The notes beneath the pieces were generated by a model. The model was not told the origin of the DNA. It was given only the letters and a program-made list of their open reading frames with translations, and made no database searches. 57,758 nt of DNA from Candidatus Daviesbacteria bacterium RIFCSPLOWO2_01_FULL_37_10. Its GTDB lineage: Bacteria > Patescibacteriota > Microgenomatia > Daviesbacterales > UBA10151. The stretch is taken from contig MFDK01000036.1 of assembly GCA_001776865.1 (NCBI GenBank), positions 3,942 to 61,699 of the forward strand. Reading direction: 5' to 3'. Below, in pieces: positions 45,028 to 55,074 of the stretch (within the stretch, counting starts at the first letter, position 1; every line of letters begins with the position of its first letter). The translations under genes were made by a program, and so were the position numbers.

Positions 45028-46389
45028 TTAAATATTTGCATTAATAGTTTTCAAGTTACCTTCCAGTTTTTTAAAACTCTCAAGAGCTGTATTCTTTTTA
45101 ATAAATTCTTCTGCCTGTTTATACGACCCTTCTTTCAAAAGATAAACTAAATCATCCGCCATATCCTCTATTTCAAAAAATATTCTATAAAAATTCGGCC
45201 AAGATATGCCGTTATGAACATTAAGTGCACCCTTCGCAAAGTAATCATCAATAATCATCGAATTTCCGATTATATGACTCTCCTTTCCTTTTGTATATTT
45301 ATACATCATCCAATCCGCTAAAATCCAAAGTATGTGTATGATAATAATTGCTTCAAGTAAAACTTCATCAATTAAACCTTTTATAACTAGATCTTTACCG
45401 TGTTGTATTCCCGATACAAAACCATTAGCTTCATCTATAATTCCATATAAATCATTTAACCTGTTCTTACCGCTACCATATTGATGTAGTTGCAAAGAAA
45501 ATTCATAGAGACAAATGTTATAAAATGCTGCTTTAAATAAAAGTTCTTTTGAATATCTCGAAGCAAATCTTTTTTCAAAAATTGATTGAAAAATAGGATA
45601 TAGAAGTTTTTCAAATTTATATTCAAGTTGAGATTTATAGAATACTACTCTTGATCCATGTTCTTTTAGAAAATCTACTTCCAAAGGGTAAAATTCTGCA
45701 GAAAATAGCACCTCGGATAAATATCCTGAAGTTATCAGTATATCTTCAACAAATATATGAACACCTTTTTTTGGAATATCTGTTGAGTGATTCTTCTCAG
45801 AACTCATTTTTGCAGAAGAATACAAAGCGTTTTTTAATTTATCTACTTCTTGAGACTCGATTTTATCTATAAATCCGACAAATCCCTGATAAGCTCTTTT
45901 TTTAAAAAATATTTTATCCTGATAAGGTTCAAAAGGTCCAATGTAAAAATCAATATCTGTATTTCTTACCAAAAACCAAGCCTTATCTGCTTCTTCATAT
46001 GTTCCATCACGAAGTGCTTTTGCCCGAGTCAAAATATATTTTTTAAGTGTAGCATTTGTACAAATATTTCCAGCCTGTTGTAATTTCTCTGAAATTGGAG
46101 TAAGTAAATCTTCGTATGCCTCATGATAGGGAATTGCTTTAAAATTATTTTCTTTACCAGTTACAATAAAGTATGGTGACAAAATTTCAGGTGTGTTCTT
46201 TGATGCTGCTTGCAGTTTTTCCTTACTAACACCTTTCGGGTAGAAACCCCTTTTCATTTGATCCTCATAAACTTTACTGGTAAGTAAAACTGCCTGTTCT
46301 AAAAGTTTGACAACCCTCTTATTATTCAAACTTAGTTTTTTTGACACTTTAAATGTTCTTGTTATCATTTTATCTCCAAAACTTTGCAT
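45028..46389 (-). CDS. Hypothetical protein (453 aa)
   Basis: Long clean ORF overlapping the greA 3' end by 25 nt. No motif I can name. Confidence 0.6.
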   Translation of the reverse strand: MQSFGDKMITRTFKVSKKLSLNNKRVVKLLEQAVLLTSKVYEDQMKRGFYPKGVSKEKLQAASKNTPEILSPYFIVTGKENNFKAIPYHEAYEDLLTPISEKLQQAGNICTNATLKKYILTRAKALRDGTYEEADKAWFLVRNTDIDFYIGPFEPYQDKIFFKKRAYQGFVGFIDKIESQEVDKLKNALYSSAKMSSEKNHSTDIPKKGVHIFVEDILITSGYLSEVLFSAEFYPLEVDFLKEHGSRVVFYKSQLEYKFEKLLYPIFQSIFEKRFASRYSKELLFKAAFYNICLYEFSLQLHQYGSGKNRLNDLYGIIDEANGFVSGIQHGKDLVIKGLIDEVLLEAIIIIHILWILADWMMYKYTKGKESHIIGNSMIIDDYFAKGALNVHNGISWPNFYRIFFEIEDMADDLVYLLKEGSYKQAEEFIKKNTALESFKKLEGNLKTINANI

Positions 46390-46868
46390 TTGTACCTTAC
46401 TATAGGCGTTGTTACCTCAACACTTTCTCCAGGTTTTGCACCAAGAAGAGATGAACCAAGTGGTGATTCATTAGAAATTCTTTTTTTCGAAGGATCTGCT
46501 TCAACTCTACCTACAATTGTAAATTCATCTTCTTCCCCATTCATCTCTATCACTACAGTTGATCCTATTACTACAAAATCGCTTTTGGGGACATCTTGTA
46601 TAACTTTTGCGTCTTTTAATATATTCTCAAGTTCTGCAATCCGGTTTTCAACGAGCGTCTGTTCCTCCATTGCAGCATCATATTCGGAGTTCTCAGTTAA
46701 ATCCCCGTATTCACGGGCTTTTTGAATTCTTTCCGCTACTTCCCTTCTTTTTTGCCCTTTAAGAAGCGCAAGCTCAAGCTTTGCATCAGATAATCCTTTT
46801 GAAGTAACGTAAACACTCTTAGAACCTCGCCTTACAGGATGTAAGTTTTTTTGTGTATTTTTTGCCAT
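46365..46868 (-). CDS. greA: Transcription elongation factor GreA
   Basis: GDLTENSEYDAAMEEQ (acidic coiled-coil tip) and a C-terminal FKBP-like domain. Confidence 0.93.
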   Translation of the reverse strand: MAKNTQKNLHPVRRGSKSVYVTSKGLSDAKLELALLKGQKRREVAERIQKAREYGDLTENSEYDAAMEEQTLVENRIAELENILKDAKVIQDVPKSDFVVIGSTVVIEMNGEEDEFTIVGRVEADPSKKRISNESPLGSSLLGAKPGESVEVTTPIVRYKCKVLEIK

Positions 46869-46992
46869 TTATGTTTAAAGCCTTATTTTCTAATTACTCT
46901 CTACATTATATACCCAAACACCAAATCTCAAGTCGCTATATTCTAATGATACTTAAGCTAAATGTCAATCGAAAGTAATGAGGGTTACAAAG

Positions 46993-47066
46993 TAGCGCGT
47001 ATGGGAGTTGAACCCATGATTTTCGGAATGAGAATCCGACGTCCTAGACCACTAGACGAACGCGCC
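46993..47066 (-). tRNA. tRNA-Glu (anticodon CUC), 74 nt, no encoded CCA
   Basis: Hand-folded GGCGCGTTCGTCTAGTGGTCTAGGACGTCGGATTCTCATTCCGAAAATCATGGGTTCAACTCCCATACGCGCTA. Acceptor stem is 7 bp (G1-U72 wobble), D stem 4 bp, anticodon stem TCGGA/TCCGA with loop TTCTCAT, T stem ATGGG/CCCAT with loop TTCAACT. Confidence 0.9.
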
Positions 47067-47117
47067 GTGGCAATAGTATACTTGATTTTTACTATCTATT
47101 TCAATTACAATGTAGCT

Positions 47118-47534
47118 ATGAATGCACAGAAAAAAATTCTTCTTGTTGAAGACGAAGCCTTAATCAGAGAACTCTACGCAAGGCAACTCACAAAAGCCGG
47201 GTTCACGGTTAAACCTGCAGCAACTGGGGAAGATGCTGTTAAATTTCTAAAAGCTGAAACATTTGACGTTATACTTTTAGATATAATGCTTCCCGGAATA
47301 AATGGCTTGCAGGTTTTAAAAGAATTTAAAGTTTCCAATCCAAATTCTCCTGCAGTAATTGTACTACTGACAAATCTTGGACAGGATTCAATTATAAAAG
47401 AGGGGTTTGATCTCGGAGCTTCAGCTTATCTTATAAAAACCTCATACACTCCGGATCAAATAGTACAGGAGGTTCAAAGTATAATTTCGGGAAAGCCTAG
47501 TGGCGGCAATCAACCCCCAACACCTGCTGCCTAA
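47118..47534 (+). CDS. Single-domain response regulator (CheY-like receiver)
   Basis: LLVEDE, VILLDIMLPG, LLTNLG and AYLIKT motifs. The 5' 52 codons of the track ORF (46962..) are antisense to the tRNA, so I start at ATG 47118, which has TTGATT-18-TACAAT-6 nt upstream. Confidence 0.88.
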   Translation: MNAQKKILLVEDEALIRELYARQLTKAGFTVKPAATGEDAVKFLKAETFDVILLDIMLPGINGLQVLKEFKVSNPNSPAVIVLLTNLGQDSIIKEGFDLGASAYLIKTSYTPDQIVQEVQSIISGKPSGGNQPPTPAA

Positions 47535-47588
47535 TTTAATAGGCGGAACTTTATCTATTAGCTTAATTTAATATTTTCATACCTAAAA

Positions 47589-47614
47589 TATACACTTATA
47601 TGTATCAGTGTATA
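47589..47614. promoter_or_regulatory. Palindromic operator-like site A: TATACACT-tatatgtatc-AGTGTATA
   Basis: 8 bp perfect inverted arms. Matches about 23 of 26 positions of site B at 48259-48284. Lies 18 nt beyond the stop of the YerC-like gene. Confidence 0.5.
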
Positions 47615-47631
47615 TTGTCAATCCGGATTAT

Positions 47632-48177
47632 CTATACCCCACGCTTTTTAAGTTTCCTATACTGCATATCTAACTCTTCTTTTATATCTCGATCACTGGA
47701 CGCTTTACTTTTTAAGTTCTGTTGGAATTGTTCTAGTCTTTTATCTTCCTTCATTTTAAGTCCAGATGAAACATAGTACGAAAGTATCGTCGGCAAGCCG
47801 TAGCCCACGCCCGGAGTTCTCCTTGGAATAGGAATTTTTTCTCTCTCGGGAAGCTTTTTTATAACTTTCTTTAAACCTTCTCCAGCATTATCCAACCATA
47901 TCCTCACCTTAGTAACTGTGGCATAGCTGCAATGCAGTTCACTCACAATGTCTTCATGTAATTTTCCATTAAGAAGTAACTTTGCAACACGCAGTCTTTT
48001 GGAAAGAATTTTAACTTCATCCTCAGTTAAAAGATCCTGAATTCAAAGTGCAGAATCTAAAGGATTATTTGCAAGGGCAAAAGCATTAATTAGATCGAAT
48101 ACTAAATCCTGCTGATAATCAGTAGAGAATTTATCCAAACCCTTTTCTTTATAAGTAAAATAATTAAACTTTCCCAT
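47632..48177 (-). pseudogene. YerC/YecD (TrpR-like) HTH protein gene interrupted by an in-frame TGA at 48043-48045
   Basis: My translation from ATG 48177 gives MGKFNYFTYKEKGLDKFSTDYQQDLVFDLINAFALANNPLDSAL*IQDLLTEDEVKILSKRLRVAKLLLNGKLHEDIVSELHCSYATVTKVRIWLDNAGEGL.... The same frame is kept across the stop, and both halves align to the YerC family as I recall it. The track ORF (47632..47946) begins at a GTG inside the HTH. Confidence 0.65.
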
Positions 48178-48255
48178 TGATTATAAGCACCTGCTTCGTG
48201 CTTCGCATTAAAATATTATAGCTCGCACTCGCAGAAGCTGTTAATTTTCTTCGAG

Positions 48256-48287
48256 AATTATACACCTATACGTATAAGTGTATAATT
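48256..48287. promoter_or_regulatory. Palindromic operator-like site B: aattatacac-c-tatacgtata-a-gtgtataatt
   Basis: 32 nt near-perfect palindrome with one mismatched pair. Lies about 80 nt upstream of the YerC-like ATG. A TTGACA on the minus strand at 48299-48304 sits just upstream. Confidence 0.55.
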
Positions 48288-48360
48288 TGAGATGCGGATT
48301 GTCAAGATCGAATAGATCAAAATAGAATACGCTACGGATAGAACGTAGCTGGAATAGAAA

Positions 48361-49008
48361 TTATAAAGTACTTGTTAATAATTCACCGTCTTCTGAAATT
48401 TGAAATCTATATCTAACCGTACTCTCAACCGAAGGATATTTTTTAATATGTTTTTCAACATCACAAATTGCTCCAAGTATACCTTCACCATTCAAACCTC
48501 GGAACTTGTCATACGCAAATCCTTCATTTAGAGGCTTGTAAGGTAATTTTATCTTTTCAGCTGTTTTTTCCAAAAAATTATCCCTTGCACAAAATGAACA
48601 ATGTGCTTCTATCCTTTCAATCCTGACAGCCCCGGCTAATCTGTCATCCATCCTTCCTGTAACATATACATCTCCAATTGCCTCAAGAAAAGCCACCCAG
48701 CTTTTTTCCTGAACGTCAAAAGCTGTCTCATTACAACCCATTAGTATGCCTGCATTAGTATGTTCAAAATAAATTCCTTCCCAATTTCCAGGAGAAAATT
48801 TTGGGGCTTCAATGACTTCCCCTGCCCTTTTGTATACTAAACCATTTTCAGAAATTCCACTATGGCACACTAAAACCGGGGACTCAACCGATAAACCATG
48901 TTCAGAGGAAGCTTTATAAGGAGTTAATAAATCAAGATGTTTAAAATAAATCCCATTACCCAGTTTATCTTCTTCTCTGGGTATTATCCTCCAACTTCTT
49001 TCCTGCAT
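48361..49008 (-). CDS. Hypothetical protein (215 aa, Cys-containing)
   Basis: Clean ORF 17 nt downstream of the 147 aa ORF. No motif recognised. Has a CxxC (HCSFC). Confidence 0.55.
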   Translation of the reverse strand: MQERSWRIIPREEDKLGNGIYFKHLDLLTPYKASSEHGLSVESPVLVCHSGISENGLVYKRAGEVIEAPKFSPGNWEGIYFEHTNAGILMGCNETAFDVQEKSWVAFLEAIGDVYVTGRMDDRLAGAVRIERIEAHCSFCARDNFLEKTAEKIKLPYKPLNEGFAYDKFRGLNGEGILGAICDVEKHIKKYPSVESTVRYRFQISEDGELLTSTL

Positions 49009-49025
49009 AAGTTTATTATAGCACT

Positions 49026-49469
49026 TCAGTCAGTCTCACTTTGTGAGGGTGAAAAATATTCTTCCCAAAGAAATTCGGGCTTTGGATCGTGATTTAGCGT
49101 GCCATAACGAGTTTTTATAGCTTCTAACGACCTCTCTGCAAACGGAATCTCGCTAACTGATTCCATAAAGTAGTATAAATCAACAATAAAAGAACGGTCA
49201 GATTGTAGCGCGGTAATCGCAAGCGATACAGAAATTGCGCTGAGGTTTTCATTCTGGGAATGTTCTTTTTCAGGTCTATCATCTTCAGCAAGATGAATTA
49301 TCAACCTGGATCTATTTAATTCATCTTTTGCACTACTTAATCCCATCCATTGAAATCTTCTTGATTCTTTTACCGCATCATAAAAATCTTGCGCCAATCT
49401 GTGGACTCGCGAATCGTTTACTACATTAGTAGCTTCCACAAAACCCTGATTTTGTACAGATTCTGACAT
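49026..49469 (-). CDS. Hypothetical protein (147 aa, acidic)
   Basis: Starts 3 nt after the hppA stop, on the same strand. Confidence 0.5.
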   Translation of the reverse strand: MSESVQNQGFVEATNVVNDSRVHRLAQDFYDAVKESRRFQWMGLSSAKDELNRSRLIIHLAEDDRPEKEHSQNENLSAISVSLAITALQSDRSFIVDLYYFMESVSEIPFAERSLEAIKTRYGTLNHDPKPEFLWEEYFSPSQSETD

Positions 49470-49472
49470 ATT

Positions 49473-51479
49473 TTATTTCAAAAATGGAACCAAAAGTAAA
49501 GCCACTATGTTAGCAACCTTTATCATAGGATTGATAGCGGGTCCAGCGGTATCCTTATAAGGATCGCCCACGGTGTCACCCGTAACCGCAGCTTTATGGG
49601 CATCACTACCTTTCCCTCCGAGCTTTCCGGATTCTATATACTTTTTAGCATTATCCCAGGCAGCTCCTCCTGTTGTCATAGAAATTGCAACAAATATACC
49701 TGTTATTATAGTTCCCATGAGCATTCCTCCGAGCGCTACAGGTCCAAGTAAGAATCCAACCAAAACCGGAGCCAAAACCGGAATCAAAGCCGGAATTAAC
49801 ATTTCTTTTTGTGCGGTAGCAGTTACAATAGAAACGCAAGCCGCGTAATCAGGCTTTGCAGTCCCTTCCATAATACCTTTAATAGATTTAAACTGTCTCC
49901 TTACCTCTGTAACAACAGCCCCTCCTGCTTTTCCGACCGCTTCCATCGCAAACGCACCAAAAAGGTAAGGCAAAGATCCTCCAATAAAGAGTCCTGCTAT
50001 AACATTCGGGTCTGATAACGAAAAAGTCAAAGTCTTTCCAATAGCTGCAAACTCCTCAGAATAAGCTGCAAAAAGTACTAAAGCTGCCAAACCGGCTGAT
50101 GCAATTGCATAACCTTTTGTCACAGCTTTAGTTGTATTTCCAACTGCATCCAAAGGATCTGTAATATCTCTAACCTTTTGAGGCAACCCTGCCATCTCAG
50201 CAATTCCGCCCGCATTATCAGTAATTGGCCCAAACGCATCTATTGCAACCACAATCCCTGCAAGCGAGAGCATTGCAACTGCAGCAAGAGCTATCCCATA
50301 AAGTCCAGCCAGAGCAAAACTAATTAAAACTGCTGCAGAAATAAGTATTACAGGAAGAAATGTTCCTTTCATAGAAAGTGCAAGCCCTGCAATTACGTTG
50401 GTCGCATGACCTGTAATCGAACTCTCAGCCAGTTTTTTTACCGGGCTATACTGCGTACCAGTATAATATTCAGTAATAATTACCATACCAGCAGTAACCA
50501 GCACTCCTACTATACAGGAAAGAAAAAGATTAATTTCAGGGAAAAAACCATTACCTCCCATTAAGCTGTTTGTTACAAAAAGGAAAAATGCTGCGCACAA
50601 AATACTAGTTATAATTAATCCTTTATAAAGAGCCCCCATTATGTTTTTATTTGAAATTCTTACAAAAAAACTTCCTATTATTGATGCAAAAATAGCAGAT
50701 CCAAGAAGAACAAGAGGATAGAGTAACACGCTTTTTGAACCAGGGAAGTTTAAGTTTCCCAGAATCATTGCAGCAACCGCTGTTACAACATATGTTTCAA
50801 AAATATCAGCTGCCATTCCTGCATCATCTCCAACATTATCCCCGACATTATCTGCTATAACTGCAGGATTTCTTGGATCATCTTCTGGAATACCCGCTTC
50901 AAGCTTACCCACCAAATCAGCACCAACATCTGCTCCTTTTGTATAAATTCCGCCCCCCAGTCTGGCAAAAACAGAAATCAATGATCCTCCAAAACTAAGC
51001 CCAATTAAAGCTTTAATATCTCCACCGCTATATTGATAAAATCCGTATACAGCCCCCAAAGCAAGTCCTACAACCAAAAATCCGGTAACTGCACCGCCTT
51101 TATATGCCAGGTTAAATGCCGGGGATAACCCATTTTTTGCAACCTCAGCAACTCTTACATTAGCTCGAACAGCAACAGACATACCTATAAAACCGGCAAG
51201 AGCTGAAAGAATTGCTCCAACTAAGAATCCAAGGGCAGAATTTTGCCCAAGAGTAAAGTAAATCAAAGCTGCAAGTACAATAGCAACTAGTGAAACCACC
51301 ATATATTGGCGGGAAAGATATGCAGAGGCTCCTTCTTGTATCGCCTTTGCAATCTCCTGCATTTTTTCATCTCCAGCAGGACGTCTTAAGATTTCAGCAA
51401 TCAACCATAAACCATAAATCAAACTGGCTCCAACAGAACCCCATATTATTTCATTTACATAGCTTGTTATAAAATCCAT
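49473..51479 (-). CDS. hppA: Membrane-bound ion-translocating pyrophosphatase
   Basis: [26 protein letters not shown] and [13 protein letters not shown] motifs. About 16 TM helices. Confidence 0.96.
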   Translation of the reverse strand: MDFITSYVNEIIWGSVGASLIYGLWLIAEILRRPAGDEKMQEIAKAIQEGASAYLSRQYMVVSLVAIVLAALIYFTLGQNSALGFLVGAILSALAGFIGMSVAVRANVRVAEVAKNGLSPAFNLAYKGGAVTGFLVVGLALGAVYGFYQYSGGDIKALIGLSFGGSLISVFARLGGGIYTKGADVGADLVGKLEAGIPEDDPRNPAVIADNVGDNVGDDAGMAADIFETYVVTAVAAMILGNLNFPGSKSVLLYPLVLLGSAIFASIIGSFFVRISNKNIMGALYKGLIITSILCAAFFLFVTNSLMGGNGFFPEINLFLSCIVGVLVTAGMVIITEYYTGTQYSPVKKLAESSITGHATNVIAGLALSMKGTFLPVILISAAVLISFALAGLYGIALAAVAMLSLAGIVVAIDAFGPITDNAGGIAEMAGLPQKVRDITDPLDAVGNTTKAVTKGYAIASAGLAALVLFAAYSEEFAAIGKTLTFSLSDPNVIAGLFIGGSLPYLFGAFAMEAVGKAGGAVVTEVRRQFKSIKGIMEGTAKPDYAACVSIVTATAQKEMLIPALIPVLAPVLVGFLLGPVALGGMLMGTIITGIFVAISMTTGGAAWDNAKKYIESGKLGGKGSDAHKAAVTGDTVGDPYKDTAGPAINPMIKVANIVALLLVPFLK

Positions 51480-51506
51480 ATTGCCTTATCATTTCCCTTT
51501 CTTTTT

Positions 51507-51558
51507 TGTCATTCCCACGCCCGCTTCGCCGACTCAGCGAGGCGAGAAAGCAGGAATC
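51507..51558. repeat. Related element, copy 4 (hppA 5' region)
   Basis: tgtcattccc...gcaggaatc with a GC-rich inner imperfect hairpin (cgcttcgcc..ggcgag). Shares the TGTCATTC terminus with copies 2 and 3. Confidence 0.5.
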
Positions 51559-51636
51559 TATATTATGATAAAATCTTTTAGCCAGAAGTACAAGAGGTAA
51601 TTTACACTATGAGACTTCGGAAGTCAAGAGGCTGTG

Positions 51637-52035
51637 TTAGAAACCCACTTTTTTGACCGATTCTTCATGTATTTTCAATGATTCTTCAAATCTTCCCAAA
51701 TGTTTAATAGCCAAATCAGATAAGAAATATTTATCTCCATCTTGCCTAAAAACCTTACAACGAGTAAACAAGTTTACTTCATGTCCAATTTTTTCTATAG
51801 TAAAAAGATCGCAAAATCGTGCTATATTCCCTTTAGGGCTTTTTTCCAGCTCCTGACGAATCATACTATCTGCAATCCACGGGACATCTACCCCTGAATA
51901 ACCCGCATTAATAACAGCCCTAATCATAAATGCAAGATGACTATTAGATATTGTTGTAAGCATCATATTTAAAACAAGTTCGTCATCTGACTGTTCTACA
52001 ATCCTTTTGGGCGCTGAGGAAAATATTTCTTTCAT
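51637..52035 (-). CDS. Hypothetical protein (132 aa)
   Basis: Clean ORF between lon and hppA. No motif recognised. Confidence 0.5.
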   Translation of the reverse strand: MKEIFSSAPKRIVEQSDDELVLNMMLTTISNSHLAFMIRAVINAGYSGVDVPWIADSMIRQELEKSPKGNIARFCDLFTIEKIGHEVNLFTRCKVFRQDGDKYFLSDLAIKHLGRFEESLKIHEESVKKVGF

Positions 52036-52070
52036 TGCTAAATATTACCACATCAGATCTAATTGTCAAA

Positions 52071-54476
52071 TCAAGCCAATGCTGGATGGGGGGTTATTGG
52101 GACTCTTTTTGGCGAAGCTGCAACCGGAGGTCTGATAAGTGCAACTTTTAGTACGTCCTCCATATGTTTAACCCAAATAAACTTTAAATCACTAAGCACA
52201 TAGTCCGGAATATCTTCCAGATCTTTCTCGTTATCAGCCGGGGCTATAACAGTTTTCACTCCAGCTCTGTGTGCTGCCAGAACTTTCTCTTTAAGTCCGC
52301 CTATCTCAAGCACCCGACCACGAAGAGTTACTTCCCCGGTCATTGCAATCTCACGCCTGACAGGAATTCTTGTAAATGCGGAGACTATTGCCGTTGTTAG
52401 GGCAATTCCTGCAGAAGGTCCATCTTTTGGAGTTGCTCCTTCCGGGACATGAACGTGAATATCAAATTTATGGAAAAATCTTTCCGGAAGCCCAAGTTCA
52501 CGCCAGTGCGAGCGAACAAAAGAAACCGCAGCCTGACCAGACTCCTTCATGACATCACCAAGATGTCCTGTTAGCTGCAAAACTCCTTTCCCGGGCATAA
52601 GAGTTACTTCAATAAATAAAATCTCCCCTCCTGCTTCATTCACAGCAAGACCTGTTGTCATTCCAACTGTATCTTCAATTTCTGTAAGCTGGGGCAAAAA
52701 CTTAATTGGACCAAGATATTTTTGTACATCTTTTGCTTTGATTTTAAACCCCAGGGCTTTATCTCCTTCTGCAATTTTCCTGGCAACTTTCCTCATAACC
52801 GCTGAGATTTCCCTCTCAAGACTTCTTACTCCAGCTTCTCTTGTATACTGCTGAATAATAGTTTTTATTGCAGCGTCTTCAAACTCAACCTTACTTTTAC
52901 TGAGTCCATGTGATTCAAGAAGTTTTGGAACAAGGAAGCGCTTTGCAATATGAAATTTCTCTTCCTCTGTATATCCCGGATATCTAATAACTTCCAATCT
53001 GTCACGAAGCGCCGGCGGGATTGTATCGAGGATATTTGCTGTTGTTATAAACATAACATTAGATAAATCATAAGGGACTTCCAGATAATGATCTGAAAAA
53101 GCATTATTTTGTTCCGGATCAAGCGCCTCCAAAAGCGCCGCTGAAGGATCTCCTCTAAAATCCGCGCCAACTTTATCTATTTCGTCAAGCATGAAAACCG
53201 GATTAACAGCTTTTATCTGTTTTATACCTTGAATTATTCTACCCGGCATTGATCCTACATAAGTTCTTCTATGCCCTCTTATTTCCGCTTCATCCCGAAT
53301 TCCCCCTAAAGAAACTTTTACAAATTTTCTATTTAAAGCCCTTGCAATTGATTTTCCGATAGAAGTTTTACCCGTACCCGGAGGACCGGCAAAACAAAGT
53401 ATAGGCCCTCGCATTTTCCCTGACAGTTTGTGTACTGCCAAATATTCCAGAATTCTCTCTTTTACTTTTTTTAATCCATAATGATCCTCATCCAATATAC
53501 CTTCTGCTTTTTTCAAATCTACGGCTTTTTTATCTCCGTTTTTCCAGGGAAGCTCTGTTAACCATTCAATGTAGTTTCTAATGTAACCTGCCTCAGGATT
53601 ATATGCGGACATTTTTGCAAGCCTGTGAAGTTCTCTGTGTGCTTTTTCCAAAACATCCTTCGGCATTCCTGATTTTTTTATTTTAAGCTCAAATTCTTTA
53701 ACTTCATTATCTTCTGGTTTCTCACCAAGTTCTTCTTCTATGCTTCTCATCTGTTCCCTAAGTATTGCTTCTTTTGTCAACCTGGATACCCGCTCTTGAG
53801 TCTGAGATGAAATTTTATGAGAAATTTCCTGAATCCTTATTTCTTTCGCAAGTAGTTCTGAAACTCTCTGCAGCCTATCTGCAGGAGAAACAGTTTCAAG
53901 AAGCTGTTGTTTATCTATTGTCTTAAAATCTATTGATTGGGCAACGGTATTTACCAGCTGATGGGGATTATCACCATATGTGAAAAGTGACCAGTTTGCC
54001 ATACCAATGCTTGCCGGGTCAAACATAGGGTTTCCCACAAGATCAATAAAATGCTTAACCTGATCTCTAACAGTTCTACTTAAAGCTTCTATCTGCTCAT
54101 TTTTTTCATAAAGTTCAGGGATTTCTTCAATCTCAACTTCAAGGTAGGGTTCAGTCTGAACAAACCGTTTAATATAAACTCTGGCTATTCCTTCTGCAGA
54201 AAGTGTATATTCCCCACCCGGATTTTTAACCACTCTCCGAATTAGACAAACAGTTCCTACACTGTATAGATCTTTTTCACCCGGTTCTTCAATTTTTGAG
54301 TTTTTTTGAGCAATAAATAAAATTAGTTTATCTGAATTCCACGCCGCATCCACTGCAGCTTTGGATTTTGCTCTGCCTGAAATAATAGGAACAGAGTTTC
54401 CCGGAAAAATAACTGTATCCCGCAGGGGACCCACAGGAAGAGTTGATTTTAATTTTAATGGTTCGCTGGTGATCAT
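52071..54476 (-). CDS. lon: ATP-dependent Lon protease (LonA)
   Basis: LON N-domain, Walker [10 protein letters not shown], and a protease Ser-Lys dyad region PKDGPSAG...[14 protein letters not shown]. Confidence 0.97.
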   Translation of the reverse strand: MITSEPLKLKSTLPVGPLRDTVIFPGNSVPIISGRAKSKAAVDAAWNSDKLILFIAQKNSKIEEPGEKDLYSVGTVCLIRRVVKNPGGEYTLSAEGIARVYIKRFVQTEPYLEVEIEEIPELYEKNEQIEALSRTVRDQVKHFIDLVGNPMFDPASIGMANWSLFTYGDNPHQLVNTVAQSIDFKTIDKQQLLETVSPADRLQRVSELLAKEIRIQEISHKISSQTQERVSRLTKEAILREQMRSIEEELGEKPEDNEVKEFELKIKKSGMPKDVLEKAHRELHRLAKMSAYNPEAGYIRNYIEWLTELPWKNGDKKAVDLKKAEGILDEDHYGLKKVKERILEYLAVHKLSGKMRGPILCFAGPPGTGKTSIGKSIARALNRKFVKVSLGGIRDEAEIRGHRRTYVGSMPGRIIQGIKQIKAVNPVFMLDEIDKVGADFRGDPSAALLEALDPEQNNAFSDHYLEVPYDLSNVMFITTANILDTIPPALRDRLEVIRYPGYTEEEKFHIAKRFLVPKLLESHGLSKSKVEFEDAAIKTIIQQYTREAGVRSLEREISAVMRKVARKIAEGDKALGFKIKAKDVQKYLGPIKFLPQLTEIEDTVGMTTGLAVNEAGGEILFIEVTLMPGKGVLQLTGHLGDVMKESGQAAVSFVRSHWRELGLPERFFHKFDIHVHVPEGATPKDGPSAGIALTTAIVSAFTRIPVRREIAMTGEVTLRGRVLEIGGLKEKVLAAHRAGVKTVIAPADNEKDLEDIPDYVLSDLKFIWVKHMEDVLKVALIRPPVAASPKRVPITPHPALA

Positions 54477-54505
54477 TATATTTTAGCAGTTTACTACAAA
54501 GACTG

Positions 54506-55045
54506 CTAAAAGTCAAGCCCCTTTTTAGCCAGAATTCCTTGTCTGTATGGATGTTTAATTTCTTTCATTTCGGTTACCAAATCTGCATATTTTATTAAGG
54601 AGTTTGGTAATTTGTGACCCGTTAAGACTAGGTCAAGATTTTTCGGTTTATCTTTAATGAGCCTTATTACCCTCTTAAGAGGTAATATCTTCGATTTAAG
54701 CATACCAATTATCTCATCTGCTACAATTATATCCCACTTACCAAACATAACTTCATTATATAAAAGATCGAAAGTTTTAGAAGCAGCCTTTTTGTGTTCA
54801 GTTAAAGGCAACCTGTCACCTAAAATCTTTATAAATCCTTTACCTCCCTGAATAATCTTAGCATATGGGGATAATTTTTTTATTCCAACAAGCTCACCTG
54901 TAAACCAAATTTTACCAAACTGGATAATTAAACATCTTTTTTTATATCCCACTGCGCGGAGCACTAAACCCAGTGCAGCAGTAGTCTTACCTTTACCTTC
55001 CCCTGTATAAATTATAACTAACCCTTTTTCCTGTGGATCTAACAT
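54506..55045 (-). CDS. cobO: ATP:cob(I)alamin adenosyltransferase (CobA/CobO/BtuR type)
   Basis: GLVIIYTGEGKGKTTAALGLVLRAVG, IIQF.K, ADEI and a KHPY...G tail all parallel CobA. Confidence 0.88.
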   Translation of the reverse strand: MLDPQEKGLVIIYTGEGKGKTTAALGLVLRAVGYKKRCLIIQFGKIWFTGELVGIKKLSPYAKIIQGGKGFIKILGDRLPLTEHKKAASKTFDLLYNEVMFGKWDIIVADEIIGMLKSKILPLKRVIRLIKDKPKNLDLVLTGHKLPNSLIKYADLVTEMKEIKHPYRQGILAKKGLDF

Positions 55046-55074
55046 GAGCCCATTCTAACATATGGTTTTCGTTT

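Noticed and set aside
46962-47117. First 52 codons of the 190 aa track ORF (MSIESNEGYKVARMGVEPMIF...)
   Set aside because: This stretch is the antisense strand of tRNA-Glu (46993-47066). The receiver domain begins at ATG 47118, which has its own TTGATT-18-TACAAT promoter.
48043-48045. Possibility that the in-frame TGA signals an alternative genetic code (UGA as Gly or Trp, as in Gracilibacteria/SR1 or Mycoplasma)
   Set aside because: A full-length RF2 gene with an SPF motif is present at 18375-19481. TGA also acts as the terminal stop of prfB (19479-19481), tsaE (24398-24400) and the gene ending at 23942. Only one such in-frame TGA was seen in about 60 genes.
46869-49469. Integrated prophage or genomic island at tRNA-Glu
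   Set aside because: There is no integrase, no phage gene and no direct repeat of the tRNA 3' end in the flanking DNA. Only the small YerC-like cassette with palindromes stands out, and it is reported separately.
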